From the NCBI GenBank assembly GCA_963718565.1, contig OY970364.1:2176001-2240000 (forward strand): a stretch of 64,000 nucleotides of DNA, in the 5' to 3' direction. This DNA is from an uncultured Verrucomicrobiae bacterium (lineage in GTDB: Bacteria > Chlamydiota > Chlamydiia > Chlamydiales > Rhabdochlamydiaceae). The notes below the pieces were generated by a model. It had not been told where the DNA came from. It saw nothing but the letters and a program-made list of their open reading frames with translations, and did no database searches. Positions 41,151 to 51,463 of the stretch are shown piece by piece (within the stretch, counting starts at the first letter, position 1; the number at the start of each line of letters is the position of its first letter). Position numbers and translations under genes: made by a program.

Positions 41151-41520
41151 AAGTCCGCTTAGGAACCAAAAAGTCTTTCGTGGACAGATTCTTAAGATGA
41201 TACGTCTTCATGCGAAGACATGCGCACATTATGCAGTCAAGCAAAATTTTTTGCATTCAAATTTTTCATCCACGAAGGTGTAGTAACTGTTCAACCAGGC
41301 ATTCATATAATCTCTACTTTTAATGCTTTCGGTCTTGCAAATTTATGTTTGAAAGTTGCGAAAAAAGACTAATAAATGTTACATTCCCATTTTATGGAGC
41401 ATTTAAATTTCTTTTTTAGTCATTTCGTTGCCACTGTCTTCTCGGCACCGCAAAGGTGCTAATATTGTTTGTTTATCTTAATTTATCCCATCAAATCATC
41501 TAAAAACGAGAAGGAATATT

Positions 41521-42879
41521 ATGGATTTAAAAGGTTTCTTGGAAAGCTTTAATCAAAACTTCACACTATTCGCTGTGTTCCCTGGGATTATCCTGGTAGG
41601 GATTTATCTCACTCTCAAGCTGCGTTTCGTACAGGCTTCGCAACTTAAAAAAAGTTTCAGTTCTCTCTTAAGTAAAAATGTGGATGGCAAAGGAAGTATC
41701 AGCCGTTTTGGGGCGCTTTCCACAGTGTTGGCAGGGAATTTCGGAACCGGAAATATTTCTGGAATGGCAATCGCCATTGCTACAGGGGGGCCAGGCGCTT
41801 TAGTGTGGATGTGGATCATGGCGTTTTTTGGAGCGGCCATTCAGTATGCCAGCTGCATTTTAGGAATTTCATTTCGCAGCAAATTACAAAATAATGAATA
41901 TGCCGGCGGCCCGATGTATTACTTACGCGATGGCCTTGGCTTTAAAAAACTAGCCATGATATTTTGCGCCTTTACGATTTTTGGAGCGATCACTGTCGGT
42001 AACTTTGCCCAGATTAACTCCATTGTTCTTCCTTTGCAGAGGATGGGATTCAATCCCTTATATGCTAGCCTTGCTATCGCTGGGCTGGTCGGTGTGGTCA
42101 TCCTTGGTGGAATCAAGCGTTTAGCGAATTTCGCTTCCCTCATCGTTCCTTTTAAAGCGTTTCTTTACCTGGGAACGGCTGCTATCATCATCGGTATGAA
42201 CTACGACAAAGCCTTTGAGGCCCTGGGCATTATGTTCAAGCATGCTTTTGGTCTTTCATCAGTAGCGGGTGGGGTCATGGGTTTTAGCATTGTTAAAATC
42301 ATCACAACAGGATTTGACAGGGGACTTTTTGCGACCGATGCCGGCACCGGGATTGTGCCGATTCTCCAATCCAATGCCCGGTCGGACCATCCCGTGATGG
42401 ACGGGATTGCAACACTTGTCGCACCCTTAATAGTGATGGTCGTCTGTACAGCGACAGGATTGGTGCTGATTTTGACAGGCGCTTGGTTAGAGCCCGGACT
42501 GCAGAGTACAAATATGGTGACGTATGCTTTCTCTAAAGGTCTTGGCACCCCCATTGGCGGCTATATTGTCATTGCGTCTCTTATTCTCTTTGCCTACACA
42601 ACAATCTTGGCATGGTCTTATTGTGGAGAAAAGGCGCTAGAGTTTTTAGTTGGCCCCAATCAACAAAAATGGTTTCGCTACACTTATATCGCGCTTGTTC
42701 CGATCGGCAGCTTGTTGCGGGTCGATATGATCTGGACACTTGCGGATATCGCGATTACTTTTATGTTGTTTATCAATTTGATCGGGGTGATGGGACTTTC
42801 TAGACATGTGATCGATTCCAGCCGTGAGTTCAGATTGTCTACACGTGATGTTTTTGTCGAGAAATTAATCGGAGAGTGA
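41521..42879 (+). CDS. Alanine/glycine:cation symporter (AGCS family)
   Basis: GTGNISG.AIAIATGGPGALVWMW, GGPMYY, GGIKR, VCTATGL. Confidence 0.92.
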   Translation: MDLKGFLESFNQNFTLFAVFPGIILVGIYLTLKLRFVQASQLKKSFSSLLSKNVDGKGSISRFGALSTVLAGNFGTGNISGMAIAIATGGPGALVWMWIMAFFGAAIQYASCILGISFRSKLQNNEYAGGPMYYLRDGLGFKKLAMIFCAFTIFGAITVGNFAQINSIVLPLQRMGFNPLYASLAIAGLVGVVILGGIKRLANFASLIVPFKAFLYLGTAAIIIGMNYDKAFEALGIMFKHAFGLSSVAGGVMGFSIVKIITTGFDRGLFATDAGTGIVPILQSNARSDHPVMDGIATLVAPLIVMVVCTATGLVLILTGAWLEPGLQSTNMVTYAFSKGLGTPIGGYIVIASLILFAYTTILAWSYCGEKALEFLVGPNQQKWFRYTYIALVPIGSLLRVDMIWTLADIAITFMLFINLIGVMGLSRHVIDSSREFRLSTRDVFVEKLIGE

Positions 42880-42901
42880 AGCTCTCTTGAAGAGCTTCAT
42901 T

Positions 42902-42975
42902 AGACATCTTGCGTAACCTGCTTTACCTGAAAAAATCGATGATTTTCCAGGTAAAGCAGGTTACGCAAGATGTCT
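42902..42975. repeat. Short palindromic element with RPE-like ends (74 bp)
   Basis: AGACATCTTGCGTAACCTGCTTTACCTG...CAGGTAAAGCAGGTTACGCAAGATGTCT; ATT on both flanks; lies between convergent genes. Confidence 0.8.
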
Positions 42976-42978
42976 ATT

Positions 42979-43659
42979 CTAACTTCTTCTAAAAACGATC
43001 GGGTGAATCGAGTCTTTAAGCTGTTCGTTAAAAGCATAGCCGAGTTTTTTTAAAGAAGCCGCGTGCGGATCGTGAGAATCCGCACGAAAAATCGCTTTTT
43101 CCATCGCGTAGGCAATCAGCAAAAAGCAGAGTCCGCAAGTGGAGAAAAGATGTGGCCAGGGTAGAGAAAAAGTCGGCGAAATAAATAGGCCATTCCCTGC
43201 TTTTAGCGGCATGGGGAAAAATGTTGGGGGAGAGGGAAGATCTTGCAAAGGCAAAACTAGTCCGCCAGCAAGAGGATGGATGCACGAGATTTCTTGAAGA
43301 GAATAGGGGATATCGTAGGGTGAAGCGACGTTGCAGTGATATGTGGCAAAATATTGATCAAAGCAAAAGCGAAGAGGTACTGCTTGCATCAATTCTGAAC
43401 CCAGTGATGCAAAAGCTTGCTTATGGGAAATTTTTTTGATTTCTTCATTATCGCGCCAAAGATCATATCCGGCAAAATAGAGTTCGGGAGCACTTTTTCC
43501 TTTTAGCTTTTCGGGAGGTGTGCGCAAACGCTTGGCGACCGTTTCTTCGACATTTTTTTTAAGGGAAGAGACTTGATCGATAGGGAGAATCCCTTCAAAT
43601 TCGATATAATGGTTTTTGGTGAAAAATTCTTTGTGGTCAGCAGTAATCGCAAAGCGCAT
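42979..43659 (-). CDS. Conserved chlamydial protein, CT296/DcrA-like
   Basis: HKEFF..NHYIEFE and GYDLWR; position upstream of and opposite to rnc-radA-hemC, as I recall for C. trachomatis. Confidence 0.6.
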   Translation of the reverse strand: MRFAITADHKEFFTKNHYIEFEGILPIDQVSSLKKNVEETVAKRLRTPPEKLKGKSAPELYFAGYDLWRDNEEIKKISHKQAFASLGSELMQAVPLRFCFDQYFATYHCNVASPYDIPYSLQEISCIHPLAGGLVLPLQDLPSPPTFFPMPLKAGNGLFISPTFSLPWPHLFSTCGLCFLLIAYAMEKAIFRADSHDPHAASLKKLGYAFNEQLKDSIHPIVFRRS

Positions 43660-43682
43660 AGTTTTAGCCTGAGTTTTAAGAC

Positions 43683-44870
43683 TTAGAGGGTATTAAATCG
43701 TTCTAGGGCTAAGGTTGTTTGATCAGGAGTGGTGAAAGCAGAAAGGCGAACGTACCCTTCTCCATGTACGCCAAATCCTCTTCCAGGAATAGAGATCACA
43801 TGGCATTTTTTCAATAAGAGATCAAAAAATTCCCAAGAAGATTGCCCCTCGGGAGTTTTCCACCAGATATAAGGAGCGTCCGTTCCCCCGTAGCAGGTAA
43901 ACCCTAGTCTTTCAAGGCCTTCTTTCAAACGCTTTGCTTGTGTGAGGTAGAGGGCGATTTGAGCGCGTGTTTCTTCTCGGCCATCTTTTGTGTAAATCGC
44001 TTCGGCACCGCGCTGGATCGGATAGGCAACGCCATTGAATTTAGTCGCTTGGCGGCGGTCCCAGTAGGGGTGGAGAGAGATGAATTTGCGCCCAAGCTGG
44101 GCCTTGACGGCCTTCGGCAAAATAGCATAAGCGCAGCGCAATCCCGTAAAGCCAGCAGTTTTAGAAAAACTGCGAAATTCAATCGAACACTCTTTGGCGC
44201 CAGGAAGTTCAAAGATGCTCCGAGGAACCTCGGGAGAGGTGATAAAGGATTCATAAGCGTTATCGAGAAGAAGGAGCGCCCGTTCTTTGAGGGCATAATC
44301 GATCCATTCCTGCAGTTCGCTGCGCGTCATGGCGACACCTGTTGGATTACTAGGTGAACATAGATAAATGAGGTCGCAGTGTTCTTTGGGCGGTTTGGGA
44401 GCAAAACGGTTTTCTGGCAGGCAGGGAAAGAGGAGAATTTTTTTTCTTCCTGAGAGGATCGTCGCATCTAAATAGGCGGGATAAGTAGGATCGTTGATCC
44501 CAACAACGCTCGAAAGACTGAAGAGGTCTAGAATGTTGACGGTATCACTATTGGCTCCGTCAGAGACAAAAATTTCTTCAGGAGTGAAGCCGAGATGTGA
44601 AAATTCATTGTTAACAATCGCTTCGCGTAAAAAAGCATATCCATTGTGCGGCCCATACCCTCGTCGCTCGCTTTCGGTTGTCATTTCTTCGACAGCCTTA
44701 ACAATAGCTTTTGCGATGGAAGGGGCAAGAGGAAGAGCGACATCGCCGATTCCCAAATTGAGGACTGTGATGTCCGGATGTCCGCTTTTGAGTTCGGAAA
44801 GCTTTTGCTCGATCACCGGAAAGATATATTCACGCTTTAACTGTTTAAAATGGGGATTTAACTTGGCCAT
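43683..44870 (-). CDS. dapL: LL-diaminopimelate aminotransferase
   Basis: LGIGD, EIFVSDGA, YLCSPSNPTG, SFSKTAGFTGLRC, PG.GFG..GEGYVRLSAF. Confidence 0.93.
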   Translation of the reverse strand: MAKLNPHFKQLKREYIFPVIEQKLSELKSGHPDITVLNLGIGDVALPLAPSIAKAIVKAVEEMTTESERRGYGPHNGYAFLREAIVNNEFSHLGFTPEEIFVSDGANSDTVNILDLFSLSSVVGINDPTYPAYLDATILSGRKKILLFPCLPENRFAPKPPKEHCDLIYLCSPSNPTGVAMTRSELQEWIDYALKERALLLLDNAYESFITSPEVPRSIFELPGAKECSIEFRSFSKTAGFTGLRCAYAILPKAVKAQLGRKFISLHPYWDRRQATKFNGVAYPIQRGAEAIYTKDGREETRAQIALYLTQAKRLKEGLERLGFTCYGGTDAPYIWWKTPEGQSSWEFFDLLLKKCHVISIPGRGFGVHGEGYVRLSAFTTPDQTTLALERFNTL

Positions 44871-44991
44871 AGATTGCGCTTTAAGTGAAAAATCCTGAGT
44901 ATGTGTCTGTGCAAGAATAAAGTAAAGCTACTTGATAATCTTTGTAAACTTAGAGATAATTATTCATTACGAAAGGTAAACTCAAAAAATT

Positions 44992-45711
44992 ATGAATCCA
45001 GTTGAAGAGCTAATCGTTCGCATTCCTGCGATCGAGGAAAAAATTAAATACACATTTAAGAATAAGCAATTGCTTATCCTTTCTTTTGTTCATCGTTCTT
45101 TTTTCAATGAACATCGCGACCTTGTCCAGCAGCATAATGAACGGCTTGAATTTCTTGGAGATTCGGTGTTGGGATTGATGATCTCAGACTATCTTTATGC
45201 GCAGCTGCCCACGGAACCAGAAGGATTTCTTTCCCATTTGCGCTCCCATATCGTCGAAGCGAGTAGTTGTGCAGCTCTCCTCAATCAGCTCGGTATTGGG
45301 CAATCTGTGTTGTTGGGAAGAGGGGAGCGCATGAACGATGGCCGTGGCCGCGAGACAATTTTAGCTGATCTCTTCGAAGCTTTGATTGGAGCGATCTATC
45401 TCGATTCAGGGATTGAATCTGCAAAGAAATTTTTCTTTTTTCATTTTTCTCAGCAAATCGAAGAACATTTGAGAAAGCCACTCAGAAATTGGAAGGCGGA
45501 ACTGCAGGATTATTCGCAAAAAAAATACCAAAAGCCACCTGCGTATAAAATTCTCAAGGAATCTGGACCTGATCATAGCAAAATGTTTCACGTGATCGCT
45601 TATGTTGACGACAAAGAAGCGGGAGAAGGCACAGGATCCTCAAAAAAAGAAGCAGAGCAAGCTGCAGCAGAAGATGCCCTAAAAAAACTGGGAGTCATGC
45701 AAAATGCCTAA
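44992..45711 (+). CDS. rnc: Ribonuclease III
   Basis: NERLEFLGDSVL, ADLFEALIGAIYLD, dsRBD with GSSKKEAEQAAA. Confidence 0.97.
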   Translation: MNPVEELIVRIPAIEEKIKYTFKNKQLLILSFVHRSFFNEHRDLVQQHNERLEFLGDSVLGLMISDYLYAQLPTEPEGFLSHLRSHIVEASSCAALLNQLGIGQSVLLGRGERMNDGRGRETILADLFEALIGAIYLDSGIESAKKFFFFHFSQQIEEHLRKPLRNWKAELQDYSQKKYQKPPAYKILKESGPDHSKMFHVIAYVDDKEAGEGTGSSKKEAEQAAAEDALKKLGVMQNA

Positions 45712-47074
45712 ACAAAAAGTGCTTTGGAGTTGCTGCGAATGCGGTCATCGACAGGCGAAATGGACAGGGAGTTGCACAGTCTGCCAAAAATGGAATACTT
45801 TTGAGCAAGAGATCGAGGTTGAGGATAAAGGAAAGCGCTTTGAATCGCTCAAAAATGAATCGGCAAAGCCGATGCGGGTCAAAGAAGTTACCGTGAATGA
45901 ATTTCGTCGGATCTCGACTAAAATGCCAGAATTCGACAGACTTCTTGGGGGGGGAATTGTCCCGGGTTCTTTGACATTGATCGGGGGAGATCCTGGGATT
46001 GGTAAATCGACGTTAATGCTGCAGCTTGCCCAAGCTCTTGCAGAGCAAGGACTGACAATCCTCTATGTCTGCGGAGAGGAATCTGTGGAACAGACATCGA
46101 TGCGTGCAAGCCGTCTGGGGGCTGGCGACGACCGCCTTTATTTGCTCAGCGATACTCTTTTCTCAAATATCAAAGCGCAAATTGATCATCTCAAGCCTGA
46201 CGCCATGATCGTCGATTCGATCCAGATTCTTTACAAAAGCGAACTGCCTTCAGCGCCGGGTTCTGTGAGCCAAGTCCGAGAATTAGCGACCGAATTTATG
46301 CATATTGCTAAAGGAATAGGGATCGCCACGTTCTTGATTGGTCACGTGACAAAATCAGGTGAGATCGCGGGTCCACGCGTTCTCGAACACATTGTCGATA
46401 CCGTTCTCGACTTCGAAGGCGACCGTCAGCATGGCTATCGCTTGTTGCGATCCGTAAAAAATCGTTTTGGACCGACCGATGATATCGCGCTCTTTCAAAT
46501 GGGAAGCCAAGGGCTTTCCGAAGTGAGCAATCCTTCTATCATTTTTTTAGAAGAGCGACTCAAAGAGGTGTCTGGGTCTGTGATCATTCCGACCGTCGAA
46601 GGATCCCGTGCACTTTTAATCGAGGTCCAAGCGCTTGTTGCGACGTCAGCTTTTTCTACTTCAACACGCAAGTCGACCGGCCTTGACCAGAACCGACTAG
46701 CACTCTTGCTTGCTGTTTTGGAAAAAAAGATGGGATATCAGCTTCATCATTGCGATGTGTTTGTCTCCGTTGCAGGAGGGCTTAAAATTTTTGAACCCGC
46801 GATTGATCTCGGTGTCCTCATGGCAATCGGGTCTTCATTTTGCAATCGTCCGATCGATCCCGAAACAGTCATTCTTGGCGAAGTAGGCCTCAGTGGTGAA
46901 GTGCGCGGCGTCCCGCGTATTGAAAGCCGCATGCGCGAGGCGATCCACATGGGTTTTCGGCGCTGTGTATGTCCTAAGCGCAATTTAAAAGGGATCTCTT
47001 CTGATCTTTCCCAAAAGATTTCTCTCATCGGCGTCGAAGTTGTCGAGGAGGCCATTCGTGAATTACTCCATTGA
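45704..47074 (+). CDS. radA: DNA repair protein RadA/Sms
   Basis: C4 zinc finger, GGDPGIGKST, KNRFG, GEVGLSGEVR. Confidence 0.97.
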   Translation: MPKQKVLWSCCECGHRQAKWTGSCTVCQKWNTFEQEIEVEDKGKRFESLKNESAKPMRVKEVTVNEFRRISTKMPEFDRLLGGGIVPGSLTLIGGDPGIGKSTLMLQLAQALAEQGLTILYVCGEESVEQTSMRASRLGAGDDRLYLLSDTLFSNIKAQIDHLKPDAMIVDSIQILYKSELPSAPGSVSQVRELATEFMHIAKGIGIATFLIGHVTKSGEIAGPRVLEHIVDTVLDFEGDRQHGYRLLRSVKNRFGPTDDIALFQMGSQGLSEVSNPSIIFLEERLKEVSGSVIIPTVEGSRALLIEVQALVATSAFSTSTRKSTGLDQNRLALLLAVLEKKMGYQLHHCDVFVSVAGGLKIFEPAIDLGVLMAIGSSFCNRPIDPETVILGEVGLSGEVRGVPRIESRMREAIHMGFRRCVCPKRNLKGISSDLSQKISLIGVEVVEEAIRELLH

Positions 47075-47729
47075 ACTGACGGTCGGGGCGCGGAACTCTC
47101 CTCTTTCACAGGCGCAATGCGAGGAAGTGTTACAAGAATTGAGGCAGTGCCATCCGCATGTGGTGTTTCAATGCGTTTGGGTGGAAACAACGGGTGACAA
47201 AGACTTAAAAACCTCACTTCGAACACTGGAAAAGACCGATTTTTTTACGAAAGAGATCGATGCTCTTCAACTCGCAGGCAGTTGTCGCATTAGCATTCAT
47301 TCTGCAAAAGATTTGCCTGACCCTTTGCCAAAAGGATTAAAACTTGTTGCGCTCACTCAAGGAGTCGATCCTTCGGATTCGATTGTGCTGCGCGGGCCTC
47401 ATACAACTCTCGAGAGTTTGCCATTTGGGGCCACAATCGGGACATCGAGTATGCGACGCGAAAAAAATATCCATGATTTACGCTCAGACCTTGTTTGTGT
47501 CGATGTCCGCGGGGCAATTCATACCAGACTGGCCCTTTTAGATCAGGGCATTGTCGATGGGCTGGTCATAGCCGAGGCAGCTTTGATCCGACTAAAACTG
47601 ACACATTGCACGCGCATCCCGCTTTCCGGAGAGTGCGCCCCTTTGCAAGGACAGCTCGCGATTATTGCTCTGGAAAATGATCAAGAGATGAGAGAACTTT
47701 TTCACTGTATGGATGTGAGGAGAGGATGA
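47058..47729 (+). CDS. hemC: Hydroxymethylbilane synthase (short chlamydial form)
   Basis: GARNSPLS, TTGDKD, FFTKEID, HSAKD, GTSS.RR; GTG start chosen. Confidence 0.9.
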   Translation: MNYSIELTVGARNSPLSQAQCEEVLQELRQCHPHVVFQCVWVETTGDKDLKTSLRTLEKTDFFTKEIDALQLAGSCRISIHSAKDLPDPLPKGLKLVALTQGVDPSDSIVLRGPHTTLESLPFGATIGTSSMRREKNIHDLRSDLVCVDVRGAIHTRLALLDQGIVDGLVIAEAALIRLKLTHCTRIPLSGECAPLQGQLAIIALENDQEMRELFHCMDVRRG

Positions 47730-48403
47730 AAACGATTTTATATCTTGGAACAGACCCTACGATGTTTGAAAACCAAGGCCATGCCAAGGGCCATCTCATT
47801 CATTATCCGGTGATAAAGATTATTCCGCGACCTTTGGAACATCCCGAGGTCAAACAAGCTTATGCTGAGCTTCATGCGTTTACGCACCTGATCTTTACAA
47901 GTAAAAACGCCGTGAATGTTTTCTTTCAACACTGTGCAGATTTAAAACAGTCCCTAGAAGCTTTAAAGGCAAAAACCGTGATCGCAATCGGCACAGTGAC
48001 GGCCTTACATCTTTCCATGCGAGGCTTTGCGCCTCAGCTGGTCGCGAAAAATGAGACACAAGAAGGCGTTATAGAATTGTTAACTCCGATGTCTTTAAAG
48101 AATGCTTATTTTTTTATGCCGCGCTCCTCATTATCGCGTCCTCTCCTTGCGAAGTTTTTTCAAGAAGGAAGCATTTGTTTTCAGGCCTGCGACCTTTATG
48201 ATACAGTGACGCAAACCTTGGAACCCAAACCTGATTTAGATAGGGTTGATGAAATCATATTTACTAGTCCTTCAACGGTCAATGCGTTTATCGCTATTTT
48301 TGGAAGCTTGCCCAACAACAAAAAACTGATTGCGATCGGCCTCGTCACTGAGCAAGCTTTAAAGACTCAAGTAGGAAGGGATATCGCATCAAACTTTCTT
48401 TGA
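47726..48403 (+). CDS. hemD: Uroporphyrinogen-III synthase
   Basis: IFTSKNAV, AIG..TA, LYDT, IFTSPSTV; coupled to hemC. Confidence 0.88.
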   Translation: MKTILYLGTDPTMFENQGHAKGHLIHYPVIKIIPRPLEHPEVKQAYAELHAFTHLIFTSKNAVNVFFQHCADLKQSLEALKAKTVIAIGTVTALHLSMRGFAPQLVAKNETQEGVIELLTPMSLKNAYFFMPRSSLSRPLLAKFFQEGSICFQACDLYDTVTQTLEPKPDLDRVDEIIFTSPSTVNAFIAIFGSLPNNKKLIAIGLVTEQALKTQVGRDIASNFL

Positions 48404-49077
48404 CCAAGCACACTATCTCTATCTTTGTCCAACGGTCTGCATGCGATGAAAAGCCCAAGAATGGAGTTGAATGAGATATGTGCGGCAAAGGATGCTCCAA
48501 TACCAAACTGAGCAGAAATGCATCCCAGCATTAACCCACCGACTGTGCTAGTTACAGCTTGGATATGGACATTTTTGTGGGGATTGAAGTAATGGAATGC
48601 ACCAAATAAGACAGATGTTGCGACAACAGAAACAGCTGTTGCCACGCTCGGTCCAGTTCCAAATAAGGCTGCAGCTGCAGCAGGAACAAGGATCTGAATG
48701 GATTTTGTGACCAGCGGCTGGATCACTCCGCGAAACACTCCTTCTTCAACGATCGGGCCAAAAAGAGAGGCTTGGAGTAGCGATTTGCGGAGGAGCTTAT
48801 CATATTCGCTATTGTTGTCAGGTAAAGAAGTGAGGATTCCCGCTTTTCTTAAAAAAACTAAGGAAATAAGCATAACCGTGAGCTCTATGGCACCAAAAGC
48901 CAATCCCAGCCCAAAATGAGGGAGAAACAAGATTCCCAAAGCGATTCCAGTGATTGTCGGAATCAAATGAAGAAAATTGCTCGGCTGGATGATACATTCG
49001 ATGGTATCCATGTCGGAAGTATGCGGAACATGAACATTTGTGATGGGCGGGTGTTGTGTGACAGAAGAAATAGCCAT
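48367..49077 (-). CDS. CPBP/Abi (CAAX protease-like) intramembrane metalloprotease
   Basis: PIVEEGVFRG, FGAFH, AHISFN motifs; multiple TM segments. Confidence 0.85.
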   Translation of the reverse strand: MAISSVTQHPPITNVHVPHTSDMDTIECIIQPSNFLHLIPTITGIALGILFLPHFGLGLAFGAIELTVMLISLVFLRKAGILTSLPDNNSEYDKLLRKSLLQASLFGPIVEEGVFRGVIQPLVTKSIQILVPAAAAALFGTGPSVATAVSVVATSVLFGAFHYFNPHKNVHIQAVTSTVGGLMLGCISAQFGIGASFAAHISFNSILGLFIACRPLDKDRDSVLGQRKFDAISLPT

Positions 49078-49201
49078 GCGTTTTCCTTACTCACCTAAAA
49101 ATTAAAAATGGCACAAATCGTACCATATCAAACCATTTATTGCAGTATTAAAGGGCTTTGTGGGTGTAAATAAAAGTGTTGAGGCTAGGCATTGAAGTAA
49201 T

Positions 49202-49575
49202 GTACGTCCTCAAAAACCTATGGCAAGCACTGAATGTCATTTGGACCCATGCCAGGCTTTGCATTTATCGATTGGCATCTCTTCCAATGTGGCGTTGCAG
49301 AGGTGCATGAACTATATGACCAACTGGTTGCAATGAAAAGCACAAGCCCAGTGGTTTCGAGGGGATCCGATCGATTTAGCACAATTTGTTCATGAGCGTT
49401 ATCAAACAGCCTCTCCGGCCACACCTTGACTGGTAGCACGTACATTAACTTCCTTGAAGACTCTGGCAAAAGTTGAGGACCATTTCGATCCGTGCCCAAT
49501 CAAGATCGATAAGTGGTAAGTTTGGCATGGATCAAAATGGTCTTCAACTTTTGCCATGAGTTTTTAAGGACGTAC
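49202..49575. mobile_element. MITE, GTACGT-ended family (374 bp)
   Basis: TIR GTACGTCCTCAAAAAC / GTTTTTAAGGACGTAC; 8-bp TSD GAAGTAAT. Confidence 0.85.
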
Positions 49576-49774
49576 GAAGTAATGCCTCCATTTCATATGT
49601 CGGAAACACGGCATTGGCGTGTCCGCGTTTCCCGCTAGCCTTCTTGAGAATCATCTCGCTTGTATTAAAGAGAAATTTTGCAATTCCTCTAAAAATAAAT
49701 TTTCCTAAACACTCTCTTACAAAATATGCGGAGAAAAAGTATAATCTTGACGGCCCTTGAAAAGGAGTTTTACT

Positions 49775-50392
49775 ATGTCCAATTTTGCCCCTTATAAGCT
49801 TCCTGACCTCCCCTATGATTTTTCAGCACTCGAACCTGTGATTTCAGCTGAGATCATGCAGCTGCATTACTCTAAGCATCACCAAGGTTACGTTACTAAT
49901 CTCAACACTGCCTTAGAAAAATACCGCGATGCCGAAGCAAAAAGTGATATCGCAGCGATGATCGGACTACAACAGGCCATTAAATTCAATGGGGGAGGAC
50001 ATGTAAATCATTCGATTTTTTGGACGACCCTGGCTCCTGAAAGCAAAGGCGGTGGAGGAGCTCCTAAAGGAGAACTTGCGCATGCGTTGCAAGCGGAATT
50101 TGGCTCTTTTGATGCTTGTGTAGAAAAATTAAGCGCGGCTTCTGTGGCGATTCAAGGTTCTGGATGGGGATGGTTGGGCTTTAATCGGGCAAATGGAAAA
50201 CTCGTGATTGCCTCCTGTTCGAATCAAGACCCCTTAAGTACGTTAGGGTCTGTCCCCTTATTTGGGATTGACGTGTGGGAACACGCTTACTATTTACAGT
50301 ATAAGAATGTGCGCGCGGAGTATGTAAAAAATATTTGGAAAGTTGTGAATTGGAAGAGCGTCGAGGAACGCTACTCACAGGCCAAAATGTAA
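49775..50392 (+). CDS. sodA: Fe/Mn superoxide dismutase (probably Mn type)
   Basis: [38 protein letters not shown]. Confidence 0.95.
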   Translation: MSNFAPYKLPDLPYDFSALEPVISAEIMQLHYSKHHQGYVTNLNTALEKYRDAEAKSDIAAMIGLQQAIKFNGGGHVNHSIFWTTLAPESKGGGGAPKGELAHALQAEFGSFDACVEKLSAASVAIQGSGWGWLGFNRANGKLVIASCSNQDPLSTLGSVPLFGIDVWEHAYYLQYKNVRAEYVKNIWKVVNWKSVEERYSQAKM

Positions 50393-50495
50393 AGTGAATT
50401 ATTTTATTAACTTGTCTTTGATATTATTCTATATTGAAGACAGGTCTCCAATGTGTTAAATTAGATGGCACTTTTAAAAAAAATGATGGATGTTT

Positions 50496-51452
50496 ATGGG
50501 ATTGTTTTCGCGTAACAAGCCGAAAATTAAAGTCCAAACGACCAAAAAAGATGGCTATAGCGGGTGGGTCAAATGCACGCATTGTAACGATATGGTGCAT
50601 GCCAATGAACTGCAGCAAAATCTGCATTGTTGCCCGAAATGCAATTATCATTACCGTTTATCTGCAACGCAGCGTATTCAGCTATTAGTAGACCCTGGAA
50701 CATTTGTAGAAATGTTCAACGAATACAAATCGGTCGACCCTCTTCAATTCGTCGATACAGAGTCTTATGTCAAACGCGTAGAAAATGCCAAGAAAAACTC
50801 AGGGCGCGATGAAGCTGCAATGGTAGGACCTTGTAAAATTTTGGGCAAAGCAGTTGCGCTGGGTGTTTTAGATTTTTCTTTTATGGCGGGATCCATGGGT
50901 TCGGTGGTTGGAGAAAGGCTCACATTGATCATCGAATATGCAATCGCGCATCGGCTTCCTCTCATCATTATTTCTGCATCGGGCGGAGCGCGGATGCAGG
51001 AATCCGCCCTTTCACTCATGCAAATGGCTAAAACATCAGCTGCGCTTGCGAAATTGCATGAAAAAGGACTGCTTTACATTTCGGTGATGACCAACCCCAC
51101 TACGGGAGGTGTCACTGCATCGTTTGCTTCCTTAGGAGACATCATTATTGCTGAGCCCGATGCCTTGATCGGTTTTGCTGGGCCGCGCGTTGTCGAGCAG
51201 GCGATGCGACAAAAACTTCCCCCTGGCGCCCAACGTTCCGAATTTTTGCTTGAAAAAGGAATGATCGATTGCATTGTTAATCGCCATCAATTAAAAGAGA
51301 GACTATTCCAATTGCTGGAATTTCTGACAGGAAATGAGCGCGATTATCAAGAACCTTCGGCCTATAGGGTTCTATATGGTCAATCGCTTGGGAAGTTACC
51401 ACAGAAACTCAAAGAATTAATGACTCTAGCCGAAGCTGAAACATTGAAATAA
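50496..51452 (+). CDS. accD: Acetyl-CoA carboxylase carboxyltransferase beta subunit
   Basis: Zinc finger, [31 protein letters not shown]. Confidence 0.96.
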   Translation: MGLFSRNKPKIKVQTTKKDGYSGWVKCTHCNDMVHANELQQNLHCCPKCNYHYRLSATQRIQLLVDPGTFVEMFNEYKSVDPLQFVDTESYVKRVENAKKNSGRDEAAMVGPCKILGKAVALGVLDFSFMAGSMGSVVGERLTLIIEYAIAHRLPLIIISASGGARMQESALSLMQMAKTSAALAKLHEKGLLYISVMTNPTTGGVTASFASLGDIIIAEPDALIGFAGPRVVEQAMRQKLPPGAQRSEFLLEKGMIDCIVNRHQLKERLFQLLEFLTGNERDYQEPSAYRVLYGQSLGKLPQKLKELMTLAEAETLK

Positions 51453-51463
51453 CAAGATTTTCT

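Noticed and set aside
41160..41520. Glycine riboswitch upstream of the AGCS transporter
   Set aside because: Conserved GGAGA...CCGAAG...CTCTCAGG aptamer motifs are not present
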